A stretch of 40,819 bases of DNA from Verrucomicrobiota bacterium. Its GTDB lineage: Bacteria; Verrucomicrobiota; Verrucomicrobiia; Limisphaerales; CANJXF01. Made by a program: the position numbers and the translations under genes. The notes below the pieces were generated by a model. That model saw only the letters and a program-made list of their open reading frames with translations, was not told the origin of the DNA and ran no database searches. Where the stretch lies: assembly GCA_038214755.1 (NCBI GenBank), contig JBBQRQ010000043.1, positions 1-40,819 of the forward strand. Direction: 5' to 3'. Shown here piece after piece: positions 28,669-37,318 of this stretch (its first letter is position 1; each line of letters starts with the position of its first letter).

Positions 28669-29139
28669 TCAAGTTAATTCCTGTGGCGTGCAAATGATAG
28701 GGCAACGATAGCCGGACTGTTCGCACAGTGCTTCTACCTTGGGCAGAATCTGCGCGTTATTAATATGTGTGCAATTCCAAGTGAGCAGAAAATCCATCTG
28801 GTGGCATGTCGCGACAGCGATATGCAGCGCATCGATCTGCTTCTTTTCTGGCAAGCTCATCTTGCGCGCCAAGGTCTTGGCTAACACCAGAACCGGCGGA
28901 GTAATATCGAGAGCAGGAATTCCGACCAATTCCTTCAGCCTCGCTTTCGCAGAATCTGCGTCGCCACGCTTGGCTTCATCTTCAACTGCTGCCGAGATGA
29001 ACAATTTGTATTTAAAGCGTTGCGTCGCCCACCATTCGCGAGTGATTTGCTGTTTGGCAGCGGTAACGAGGTGAGCACTACGTCGAGCCGTAAGATAACT
29101 AGGAATCGTCGTTTCAAGATAGACGCTGGCTTTGCCCAT
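28669..29139 (-). CDS. PIN-domain VapC-like toxin
   Basis: VYLETTIPSYL, ISAAVEDEA, DALHIAVA, DFLLTWNCTHINNA, ICTPQEL. Confidence 0.9.
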   Translation of the reverse strand: MGKASVYLETTIPSYLTARRSAHLVTAAKQQITREWWATQRFKYKLFISAAVEDEAKRGDADSAKARLKELVGIPALDITPPVLVLAKTLARKMSLPEKKQIDALHIAVATCHQMDFLLTWNCTHINNAQILPKVEALCEQSGYRCPIICTPQELT

Positions 29140-29145
29140 AAACCT

Positions 29146-30684
29146 CTACGCGTACCGAGCATTTTTGTGTTGTGGCAGAAAAAATTCGTGGAGCAAACGA
29201 TCGACTTGCAAAAGGCCGTCGCGATTCAGTCTGATGATGTCGCCTTCCACTTTTCCGAAACCCCAATCGTGCAGAGTTTGGAGCGGGACAGCGAAACGTT
29301 CGCGAGGATCGACGCCGAATTTCTTCTGAAAATAACCGCAACTCACGTGGCCCAGTTTGAGTTGCAGGACGAATTCGCGGATGAGTTTTTCATCATCAGT
29401 CGGAGTGAGTGCGCGGTAAATCGGCAATTCGCCTTGCGTGATTTTTGTCACGTAAGTCTCGAAGTCGTGATGGTTTTGATAATGCGTGCCGCTGAAATGG
29501 CCGAAGCTCGCCACGCCAAGCGACAGCAAATCCGCGCCCGCCCAAAGTTTGTCGCGATAAATAAATTGGGTGGGTGGCACGGGCGACCCGCCCGTCCCGC
29601 TCGGCGACCCGCCGAGCGGAACACCGGAAGGCGTCGAAGATAAAAGGACTCCCGTATTCAGTTGTGACGTCCCGCTCGTTTCGTCCGGCGAGTCGCCGGA
29701 CGAGACAGGCAAGTGGCCTGTGCTACCCATGTTTTTGCTTCCCGACCTCACCGCCGTGTAAGCGCTGGCGACGGTGTAGCCGACTTTTTCCAATTCGCTG
29801 AACGCGTAATTGACCCACGCGCGTTTGGTGTCCCAATCGGCCACGGGCGCGACGAGTTTTCCCTCGGCTTTCATCTGCTGATAAATCGTGGTGTTGTAGG
29901 GAATTTCCATTTCATAAATCGTCACGCTGTCGGCAGAAAGCTCGATGGTTTTGGCAACGCAGTCGCGCCAGTTTTCCGCGGTCTCCTCCACCATGCCGGC
30001 GATGAGATCAATGTTGATTTGGGGAAAACCAATTTCGCGGGCGTAGTTGTAAGCGCGATAAACTTCCTTGGAACGATGGGCGCGCCCATTGATTTCCAAA
30101 ATATGATCGGAAAAATTTTCGATGCCGAGCGAGAGTCGCGTCACACCCATTTCGCGAATCGCTTTCAACTTGTGATCGGTGAGCGTGCCCGGTTCGCACT
30201 CGAAGGTGACTTCCTCGACGCCATCCCACGAGATGAGTTTTTTCATTCCGTCGGTGAGATGTTTGAGTTGATCGACGGACAAATACGAAGGCGTGCCGCC
30301 GCCGAAATAAACGAAGTTCGCCGTGCGCCCGCCGATGACCGGTTTCTTCGCATAAATGGAAAGCTCCTTCAACGCGGCGTCCATGTAGGCGCGAATCGCG
30401 ACGGAATCTTTGTCGGTGTAAACTTTGAAATAACAGAAATGGCAACGCTTCCGGCAAAACGGGATGTGGAGGTAAATGCCGAGGGGCGGAGTTGAGGGTT
30501 GAGAGTTGAGGGTTGAGAGATAATTGTGCGTTGGCGGTTTTTCGAGCGCGGCCAAAATGTCCGGGACGAATTCCGGTTTCCAAAAAGAGAAAGGCGGATA
30601 GTTGGAAACGAAATAGTTCCCGACGGTCGTTTCCTTTTTCATCGGCGGCTCAGTCGTCTGCGAAATGGGAAGCGTGGTGTTCAT
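29146..30684 (-). CDS. HemN-like (coproporphyrinogen III oxidase family) radical SAM protein
   Basis: YLHIPFCRKRCHFCYF, YFGGGTPS, TFECEPGT, INIDLIAG; contains two repeat-derived insertions. Confidence 0.9.
   Translation of the reverse strand: MNTTLPISQTTEPPMKKETTVGNYFVSNYPPFSFWKPEFVPDILAALEKPPTHNYLSTLNSQPSTPPLGIYLHIPFCRKRCHFCYFKVYTDKDSVAIRAYMDAALKELSIYAKKPVIGGRTANFVYFGGGTPSYLSVDQLKHLTDGMKKLISWDGVEEVTFECEPGTLTDHKLKAIREMGVTRLSLGIENFSDHILEINGRAHRSKEVYRAYNYAREIGFPQINIDLIAGMVEETAENWRDCVAKTIELSADSVTIYEMEIPYNTTIYQQMKAEGKLVAPVADWDTKRAWVNYAFSELEKVGYTVASAYTAVRSGSKNMGSTGHLPVSSGDSPDETSGTSQLNTGVLLSSTPSGVPLGGSPSGTGGSPVPPTQFIYRDKLWAGADLLSLGVASFGHFSGTHYQNHHDFETYVTKITQGELPIYRALTPTDDEKLIREFVLQLKLGHVSCGYFQKKFGVDPRERFAVPLQTLHDWGFGKVEGDIIRLNRDGLLQVDRLLHEFFLPQHKNARYA
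29571..29729. repeat. REP doublet (family D) in-frame inside the HemN-like gene
   Basis: TGGGTGGCACGGGCGACCCGCCCGT ... ACAGGCAAGTGGCCTGTGCTACCCA, plus inner hairpins ccgctcggcgacccgccgagcgg and tcgtccggcgagtcgccggacga. Confidence 0.88.
30491..30518. repeat. heptamer tandem repeat inside the HemN-like gene
   Basis: GTTGAGG GTTGAGA GTTGAGG GTTGAGA, read as LSTLNSQPST. Confidence 0.85.
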
Positions 30685-30753
30685 CGAGTAGAAAGTTTAT
30701 ACCGGCTGCCGTGGTGTGTAAACAGATCGTCTCCGGATGAAAACGTCGAAAGA

Positions 30754-32286
30754 TTATTCCGCCTTTGCCTCCGTCCGAGCCGCCAAATCCGCCAGCATCA
30801 CGGCGAGTCCGTCCGCGTGCGTTCGTCCATCGCTGCCGTTGTAAGCATTTAACATGATTGAAAAAACCAGATGCTCTCCGGCTTTCGAGGTGACGTAGCC
30901 GGAAATGGAATTCACGTAACGGATCGTTCCGGTTTTCGCGTGAAGATTTTTTTCGGCAGAAGTTCCTTTGAAACGGTTTCGCAAAGTTCCATCCACGCCG
31001 GCAACGGGCAGCGAATCGTAAAATGTTTCGGCGTAGCGATGGTGGCGCATGTATTTCAAAAGCTGGACGGACGCGGCCGGTTTCACGAGGCAACCGCGGG
31101 AAAGCCCGGAACCTTCTTCCATCAGCACGGCGCCGCGTTCGATGCCGGCTTCGGCGCAAAACTTTTTCAATTCCGCTAAACCAAGATCGTCGGAATTCAT
31201 TTTGTTTCCCGGAGCGCGAAATTTTTCTCCGACTTGCAGCAAGAGCAAGTGCGCATACAAGTTTTGCGACGGCTTCATCATGTTTTTCAAAATCTCGGAC
31301 ATCGGTCGCGATTCGATGAATGCCACTTCGGTCAGTTTAGAGAAATCAAGCGGCGCGATTTCGCGGTCGAGCCAGTTCACCGTTTTTAATTTCCCGGAGA
31401 TTTTGATGCCGCGTTTTGCCAGCGCGTCGCGCAACGTGGTGATGAACCACAGCGGCGCGTTGTAAACCGCCACCGCATCATCGACGCCAGCGCTCCCCAA
31501 CGGCAAACTTCCCTGCACGTAAACGACGTTTCGGTCGATAGGACGATAAATCTCCACGCCGCTCTTGCCGCCTTTCTCCACCGTCTTCGCGCGGTTTTCG
31601 AATGTCAGATATTTCGTTTCCGGCTTCGTAATTATTTTCACTGGCTCGCCGATTTTTTCGCCCGGCTTGAAATTCAAATCAACGGTATTCTCCTGCAACG
31701 TCAGCGCCGAAACTTCCGCCCCATAATAAAATTGTAAATCATCCACGCTCCAGCCCACGCCGAAGCGCGAGCCGCGAAAAAAACTTTCGTCGCCAATCAA
31801 ATCGCCGGAAATATTTTTGATGCCGGCTTTTGCAACCGCGTCGGCGAGTTGAGCGATGGCTTTCTGGTAATCGCCATCGTTGAAACGATGCGAGAAGGAT
31901 GGATCGCCGCGGCCAAAAATTATCAAGTCGCCGGACAAAGTTCCCGACGCGTCAGGTTTGCCATTGGCGTAAAAGGAAGTGCGAATTTTGTAATCGGGTC
32001 CGAAGCGATCCAAAGCGAGCGCGCCGGTGTACATTTTTCCATTGGAAGCGGGCTTCAAAAGTTTCGTGGCGTTTTGCTCGAAAATTATTTTGCCCGTGTC
32101 GAGGGATTCGACTTTGACGCCGAGCATCGCAGCGGAAAAACGCGAATGCGTGGCAACGGTTTTTAGTCGTGTTTGAAAATCAGCGAGTGTTTCCGATTTG
32201 TTTGCTGCGCTCGTCTGCGCAGAAACGCCAGTGGTAAAGAGAGAGATGGCGAGAAAGCTAACGCTGATGCGTGAAATGAGTTTCAT
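30754..32286 (-). CDS. dacB: D-alanyl-D-alanine carboxypeptidase/endopeptidase (PBP4, peptidase S13)
   Basis: Signal peptide; PASNGK (SxxK), SQN (SxN), AKTGT (KTG), EGSGLSR. Confidence 0.93.
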   Translation of the reverse strand: MKLISRISVSFLAISLFTTGVSAQTSAANKSETLADFQTRLKTVATHSRFSAAMLGVKVESLDTGKIIFEQNATKLLKPASNGKMYTGALALDRFGPDYKIRTSFYANGKPDASGTLSGDLIIFGRGDPSFSHRFNDGDYQKAIAQLADAVAKAGIKNISGDLIGDESFFRGSRFGVGWSVDDLQFYYGAEVSALTLQENTVDLNFKPGEKIGEPVKIITKPETKYLTFENRAKTVEKGGKSGVEIYRPIDRNVVYVQGSLPLGSAGVDDAVAVYNAPLWFITTLRDALAKRGIKISGKLKTVNWLDREIAPLDFSKLTEVAFIESRPMSEILKNMMKPSQNLYAHLLLLQVGEKFRAPGNKMNSDDLGLAELKKFCAEAGIERGAVLMEEGSGLSRGCLVKPAASVQLLKYMRHHRYAETFYDSLPVAGVDGTLRNRFKGTSAEKNLHAKTGTIRYVNSISGYVTSKAGEHLVFSIMLNAYNGSDGRTHADGLAVMLADLAARTEAKAE

Positions 32287-32406
32287 GACGAGTTTGGATT
32301 AAAACCTTGGAGCGAAATTATAATTCCGCCAACTGATTGAAAGGTTTTTGTCTGAGAACCGTTTGCCGCGAATGCATCTGGATACCACTCCCAATCGAAT
32401 CAGATC

Positions 32407-32605
32407 TAGTGGAGTAGGTTTCCAGCCTGTCTGCGCGGGCATCTTGCCCGTGAGTCCTGGGGCTGGAAGGCCGATGGCAGACAAGATGTCTGCCCCACTA
32501 CTTTGGTGGTTGTGTCAGGATGCGCCCGGTTGTAGCCGCCGAAGGAATGAGGCGGACTGCCGCGCGCAACAGAACGGAGACCGCTTCCTCACGTCGGCGG
32601 CTACA
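32407..32605. repeat. two adjacent REP doublets
   Basis: tagtggagtaggtttccagcctgtctgc...gcagacaagatgtctgccccacta (32407-32500); tgtagccgccga...tcggcggctaca (32531-32605). Confidence 0.8.
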
Positions 32606-32611
32606 TTTGGG

Positions 32612-33046
32612 CTATGGCCGCGTCATTTGAAACGTGCCGTGATCGTATTTGCATTGGTAGGTCGAAAAGAAATTCGTCGCGCTCGCCCTTCCTTCGTAAC
32701 GATACAAACCGCCCGCCCACCACGGCAATTTGGCAGCGCCGCTGAAAGTAAAAACATGGTTGGTCGTCGCTCCGTTCAAAGTCACGGTTGATTTAAAATG
32801 CAAAAGTTTTTTGTAAGTCGAATCGAAGCGGGCACGATAACTTTGTTCGGACATTTTTTCGACGAGGCAAAATAGTTTGCCGGAATGGCCGCTCGGCTCG
32901 CTCGTCCAGGTTCCTTCCCAGGCGCCTTGAATATCTGATGGCGCGGAAAGCGCGGCCGCTTTTTTCCAGTCGCGATGAAATGTAGAACAACTGCACAACA
33001 TCAACAGAGCGCCGACTGAAACGATCTGAGCCATTTTAAAATTCAT
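32612..33046 (-). CDS. putative lipoprotein
   Basis: ALLMLCSC lipobox-like motif; GAWEGTWTSEPSGHSGKL beta-rich domain. Confidence 0.7.
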   Translation of the reverse strand: MNFKMAQIVSVGALLMLCSCSTFHRDWKKAAALSAPSDIQGAWEGTWTSEPSGHSGKLFCLVEKMSEQSYRARFDSTYKKLLHFKSTVTLNGATTNHVFTFSGAAKLPWWAGGLYRYEGRASATNFFSTYQCKYDHGTFQMTRP

Positions 33047-33078
33047 AAAAATATTTACCAAGGATGTCCTGAATGAAC

Positions 33079-33165
33079 GGTAGAGCGAGACTCCCGTCGA
33101 GATCTGATATTCTCCTCTCATCATCCCAAAGTTTGAAATGAAGCTCGACGGAGTATCGCTCTACC
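33079..33165. repeat. REP doublet (family B)
   Basis: GGTAGAGCGAGACTCCCGTCGAG ... CTCGACGGAGTATCGCTCTACC. Confidence 0.85.
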
Positions 33166-33940
33166 CATTCTGTTCATTTCTGTCCTTGCTGGCCGCCTTG
33201 TTCTCCTCGTTCCATTTTTCTCTTTCGATCGTTAATTGCGAGCGCCGCGGATTTCTCGGGTTGTCAAAATCAGCTTCGCGAATATCGCCTGTGGTTTCTC
33301 CTCCGGATTTCGTTGATTCATTTTCCTCAGTGGCAATAAAGTTTTGTTGTTCAAGGCGCATCACTTTGCGGCCGAACTCCAACAAAATCGCGCACGGTTC
33401 CAAACAGGGAATCCGACTTTTTTCTTCAGGCGAATCTGGCGGCAATCCCTTGATGGACCACAGTCGTTGTTTCAAACAAAATTTTTTGTGGCAACAAGCG
33501 CGAATCATCGGCGCGGCTTGCTCGTCGGTCAGCATCGTCGTGATGCGATACATCCCAGTCTGTCGATTCGTGAAATGGCGATAATTCGTGGGAGCCGCAC
33601 TGGAAAACTTCACGGCAAACCAATCCGCGATTGCGCCCGGGTAAATCTGATTGAGTGCGAACTCCAAACTCGTTTCATCCAAGATTTTTATGCACCAGCC
33701 CGTTTGCAGATTCGGCGCGGATTTCAACGGGCGAAATGCGCCGTTCGCGGTGAATTGCGTCAGCGGGCGAATTTCCTTTTCAGCAATCAGCCGCAAATTT
33801 TCAGGAGCGCAATTGCGGTCCTCGACGTGGCGAAGTTCAAAACTCTCACCGCTGCGCCGAATCAAAACTTGCGCGAGAACCAGTTCCGTTTTGATTTCGG
33901 CGACGAACGCGCGGAAGGCTGGATTCTCAATCGCGTTCAC
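33161..33940 (-). CDS. DR2241-family putative Fe-S protein
   Basis: GAFRPLKSAPNLQTGW, IYPGAIADW, RQTGMYR, CC-x4-CLK and IPCLEPC cysteine motifs. Confidence 0.75.
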   Translation of the reverse strand: MNAIENPAFRAFVAEIKTELVLAQVLIRRSGESFELRHVEDRNCAPENLRLIAEKEIRPLTQFTANGAFRPLKSAPNLQTGWCIKILDETSLEFALNQIYPGAIADWFAVKFSSAAPTNYRHFTNRQTGMYRITTMLTDEQAAPMIRACCHKKFCLKQRLWSIKGLPPDSPEEKSRIPCLEPCAILLEFGRKVMRLEQQNFIATEENESTKSGGETTGDIREADFDNPRNPRRSQLTIEREKWNEENKAASKDRNEQNG

Positions 33941-33965
33941 GGTTTTGAAAATGCTCCCGGAAAAC

Positions 33966-35288
33966 TTATCCGTTTTTGTTTTGCTCTTTCACAGTTTCGC
34001 TGGCGATTTTCCACTCGGAATCTTGTTTGAGGTAAACCGTCTGGCTCGGAAACGCGAAGCTCAAATCTTCTTCGTCAAAACGTTTTTTCACCGCCAGGTT
34101 CAGCTCCTGCATTCCGAGAAGTTGTTCGCGAGCGTTGGTCGATTTCCACCAGTGAGTCACCTGAATGTTCAGAGCGGAGTCGGCGAATTTATTGAAGGCG
34201 ATCAACACGTCGTGAGTTTGCGGATGCGCTTTGTAAACCTCTTCGAGAATCGCCACTGCGCGCCGCAGTTTTTCGGCGGGAGTGTCGTAGGCCAAGCCGA
34301 TGTTCGTCTGCGATTTGATATTCGGACGACTCGTGATGTTGGTGATGGTGGCGTTGCCCATCGTTTTGTTGGGAACGGTGATGAGATGCCCGTCGAGATT
34401 GCGCACGCGCGTGCTGCGCAAACCGATGGATTCCACCGTCCCCTCGACTTCGGTCAGTTTGATGGTGTCGCCGATGCGAAAGGGTTTATCGACGAAGACA
34501 ACGACTGCGCCAAAAAAATTCGAGAGGGTGTCCTGCGCCGCCAACCCAATGGCGAGGCCGCCGATGGAAAGCGAGGTGATGATCGCTTTGATGTCTTGAT
34601 GAAAAACATTTTCGCAAACGAAAAGGAACGCGACGATCAGCACGAAAACTTTCAAGCTTTTGCGGACGACGGGGAAAAGCTGTTCATCGAATGCCTTGTC
34701 GTCGCCGGAGGAAACTTTGATTTTCCAATAACCAACCGAAAGATCGACGGCTTTCAAAATGACGTAAACAAAAGCGCTGACGACGACGAGGTTGAGTCCT
34801 CTGGAAAAAAACTTTTGCACGCCCGACGGCCAGGAGAAGACGCTCAAGCCGATGTTCAAAAAAATGACAAAGGAAACAATTTTGACCGGGCCGTTCAATA
34901 AATCGAGAAAGAGATCATCGAATTTGGTCTTGGTCTTTTCGGCCCATTTTTTCAGCCAGATGCGGGTGAGAAAATCGAAAAATTTGGAAACGTAAAACGC
35001 GAGGACGATGTAAATAAAGGAGGCGAGATATTTCCAGCGCGGCTGTCCGCCCGCGAGTTCGGGTTGAAGAATTTTGACGCGATCCAAGCCAAAAGAGAGA
35101 ACGGTTTCGTTCTTTTGCAAAACACCGGGAAGATCGATCAAAGAACTTTTTTCTTTGGAGTTTTTTTCCACAACAACCGCGGGGTTGGTCGATTTGGTTT
35201 CCTGCGCGTAGCCCCAGAGGCTCCAGAACAAAATCAAAAACAAAACAACGAGGGTTCCACGGAAAAGCGTTTCGAACTTCAGTTTCAT
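33966..35288 (-). CDS. small-conductance mechanosensitive channel (MscS family)
   Basis: GGLAIGLAAQDTLSNFFG, DKPFRIGD, GTVESIGLRSTRVR, FAFPSQT. Confidence 0.93.
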   Translation of the reverse strand: MKLKFETLFRGTLVVLFLILFWSLWGYAQETKSTNPAVVVEKNSKEKSSLIDLPGVLQKNETVLSFGLDRVKILQPELAGGQPRWKYLASFIYIVLAFYVSKFFDFLTRIWLKKWAEKTKTKFDDLFLDLLNGPVKIVSFVIFLNIGLSVFSWPSGVQKFFSRGLNLVVVSAFVYVILKAVDLSVGYWKIKVSSGDDKAFDEQLFPVVRKSLKVFVLIVAFLFVCENVFHQDIKAIITSLSIGGLAIGLAAQDTLSNFFGAVVVFVDKPFRIGDTIKLTEVEGTVESIGLRSTRVRNLDGHLITVPNKTMGNATITNITSRPNIKSQTNIGLAYDTPAEKLRRAVAILEEVYKAHPQTHDVLIAFNKFADSALNIQVTHWWKSTNAREQLLGMQELNLAVKKRFDEEDLSFAFPSQTVYLKQDSEWKIASETVKEQNKNG

Positions 35289-35342
35289 ATCGAGCCAATT
35301 TGCTTGAACAGAAATTGAGGTTTATCGCAAAAGAAAAAAACG

Positions 35343-35552
35343 TCAACCGCCCGCGACGATTTTGACAATCTCAAGTTTGTCACCGTCCGCCAGTTGGCGC
35401 GTCGAGAATTCGGAAGGGGCAACGGCTTCGCCATTGTGTTCCACGACGACGCTGCGCGGGAGAAGGTTTTGGGCGAGGAGAAAATCTTTAAGAGAACACG
35501 GAAACGTCGCCTCGATTTGTTTTCCGTTCGCAGTGACGAAAGACTTGTTCAC
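35343..35552 (-). CDS. thiS: sulfur carrier protein
   Basis: 69 aa, VVVEHNGEAV...DGDKLEIVKIVAGG with C-terminal GG; near thiH. Confidence 0.92.
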   Translation of the reverse strand: MNKSFVTANGKQIEATFPCSLKDFLLAQNLLPRSVVVEHNGEAVAPSEFSTRQLADGDKLEIVKIVAGG

Positions 35553-35625
35553 GAAAATAATTGTCGAAGTCGTTATGTGTGCCGATCCAAATCCATCGAT
35601 GGTATCGCTGAAAAGGTTAAAGTTT

Positions 35626-36470
35626 TTATCGAAGATCGTTGAATTTTTTCAGGTCTTGCGCCGCACTCTTCTCTCCATTGTCGGCTGATTTTTTCAACCA
35701 GAAAAGCGCCAGACGCCGGTTCTTTTTCACGCCGTCGCCGTCACGATAGCACAAACCCAAACAATATTGCGCGTAAGGATCTTTCTTCAAAGCTCGTCGA
35801 TAATGCTTGACCGCCTTGTTGATTTTTTTTTTACGCCAACACCGTCATGGAAACACATGCCGACGTAAGTGTTCGCCTCAGGGTTTCCGTACCACGCAGC
35901 TTTCCAAAACCATTCAAAGGCGCGACGAGAATTTGTCTTAACGCCGCGTGCCCACCAATAGGAGTGGCCAATCCAAAACATCGATCGGACATGATTTTGA
36001 GTTGCCGCCTTCCGAAACCATTTTAATGATTGGCGATAATCTTTTCTTACTCCATCTCCGAACTGATACGACAAACCAAGATTCGATAATGCATTTACCT
36101 GTCCTTGTGCAGCCGCTTTTCGATACCAATAGATTGCTTTCTGTCTATCTCGTTTGAAATGTTCGCCGTAAAAATATTGATAGCCGATGCTGACCTGCGC
36201 ATCAGCATTTCCTTGTTCCACAGCATTCAAAAGAAGTTTGATTCCTAATTTCAAATTCCGCCGAACGCCGTGGCCATCTCGATAACATTCCGCCAGTAGG
36301 TTGTGTCCTGCCGGATTTCCTAACTCAGCGGAGCGTCGATACCATTTCACTTCCTGCTGAAAATCTTTTGGCCGTTCAAATGCGTAACTTTGGGCGAGTT
36401 CAAGAGCCGCGTCGGAATTTTTTTCAGCGATAGCCCGTAAGCGCTTTCGTTTTTGTTGAATCGGAATCAT
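35626..36470 (-). pseudogene. Sel1-repeat protein interrupted by a frameshift in an A10 tract
   Basis: Several Sel1 repeats (WYRKAAAQG, LGLSYQFGDGV); after GTA AAA AAA AAA the repeat continues in the -1 frame (INKAVKHYRRA...AQYCLGLCYRDGDGVKKN...DLR*, stop at 35626). Confidence 0.8.
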
Positions 36471-36552
36471 CTGTAAAATCAGGCTATCAACGCCGCATGG
36501 CACACTTTCCAAACTGGTTAATCGCCGAATTGGCGGGGTCGTTCTCCCTCCC

Positions 36553-36915
36553 TCACGCGGCGGCTTCGAGAATCGCTTCGGGATGAAGCGCGGCGACTCG
36601 CAAAAGAATGCGGGCCGCGCCGGTAGGTTTGCGACGGCCCTGTTCCCAATTGTGCAGCGTCTTGACGCTGATGCCCAGGAGCGCGGCAAATTTGCTCTGT
36701 GAAAGATTCAGCTTGGCGCGCGTGGAAGTTACGTTGTCTTCCCGCGCCATTCGTTGTTTGCGCCGATATTTTTCCGGGTCAATCTGTCGGCGGATTATTT
36801 TACCCTCCTTGCCGCGCGTGACTTTCCAGACCCGACTGGGAGCCGCTTCCCCTCGCCGCACCGCTCCAGCCTGACGAATCGCTTCGGACAGTTCATCGAA
36901 TCGATCTTTGTTCAT
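36553..36915 (-). CDS. HigA-like HTH antitoxin
   Basis: LSQSKFAALLGISVKTLHNWEQGRRKPTGAARILL. Confidence 0.92.
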   Translation of the reverse strand: MNKDRFDELSEAIRQAGAVRRGEAAPSRVWKVTRGKEGKIIRRQIDPEKYRRKQRMAREDNVTSTRAKLNLSQSKFAALLGISVKTLHNWEQGRRKPTGAARILLRVAALHPEAILEAAA

Positions 36916-37229
36916 AGCAAATACTCCTCTACCAGTTGTTTCAGTTTTTGGATTTCCCTCGCGCTTAAGTTCTCCTTCTCATTTTTGGCATAGATATCGA
37001 GCAAAAGAATTTTGTCCCGGTTCATTAACCAATAATAAATCACGCGCGCACCGCCGCGTTTGCCATGACCTTTGGCGGCGCAACGGATTTTCCGCAGCCC
37101 GCCGGATTTTGGAATCACCTTTCCCGCGTCGGGCCTCACCATCAGCAACACTTGGAATTGGGCATAGTCTTCATCCGAAAGCAACGCAGCCAGCCGCTTG
37201 CTGAAGGGTGCGAATTCCTCAAATTCCAT
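36912..37229 (-). CDS. RelE/HigB family toxin
   Basis: PDAGKVIPKSGGLRKIR...GKRGGARVIYY...LLDIYAKNEKENL. Confidence 0.93.
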   Translation of the reverse strand: MEFEEFAPFSKRLAALLSDEDYAQFQVLLMVRPDAGKVIPKSGGLRKIRCAAKGHGKRGGARVIYYWLMNRDKILLLDIYAKNEKENLSAREIQKLKQLVEEYLL

Positions 37230-37236
37230 TGAAAGA

Positions 37237-37264
37237 ATAATACGTCAGTGGCGTAGGGTGTCAA
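37237..37264 (-). promoter_or_regulatory. higBA promoter with operator palindrome
   Basis: TTGACA-N16-TATTAT, 7 nt before ATG; near-perfect palindrome TACGCCA-C-TGACGTA at 37241-37255. Confidence 0.7.
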
Positions 37265-37318
37265 TTTTCTGTTTCACGCTCCCCTCGCGCGAAGAAAAAT
37301 TAAAATTTTCGTCGCCAG

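Noticed and set aside
29146..30684. Assignment as true hemN or hemW
   Set aside because: Family motifs are present, but the context does not indicate heme synthesis and the subfamily cannot be resolved by eye
32371..32527. Additional outer TIR pair (gcatctggataccac / gttgtgtcaggatgc) around the 32407 REP
   Set aside because: Too degenerate, and no target duplication was found
33651..34901. 416-aa plus-strand ORF
   Set aside because: Antisense shadow of mscS and the DR2241-like gene; no motif
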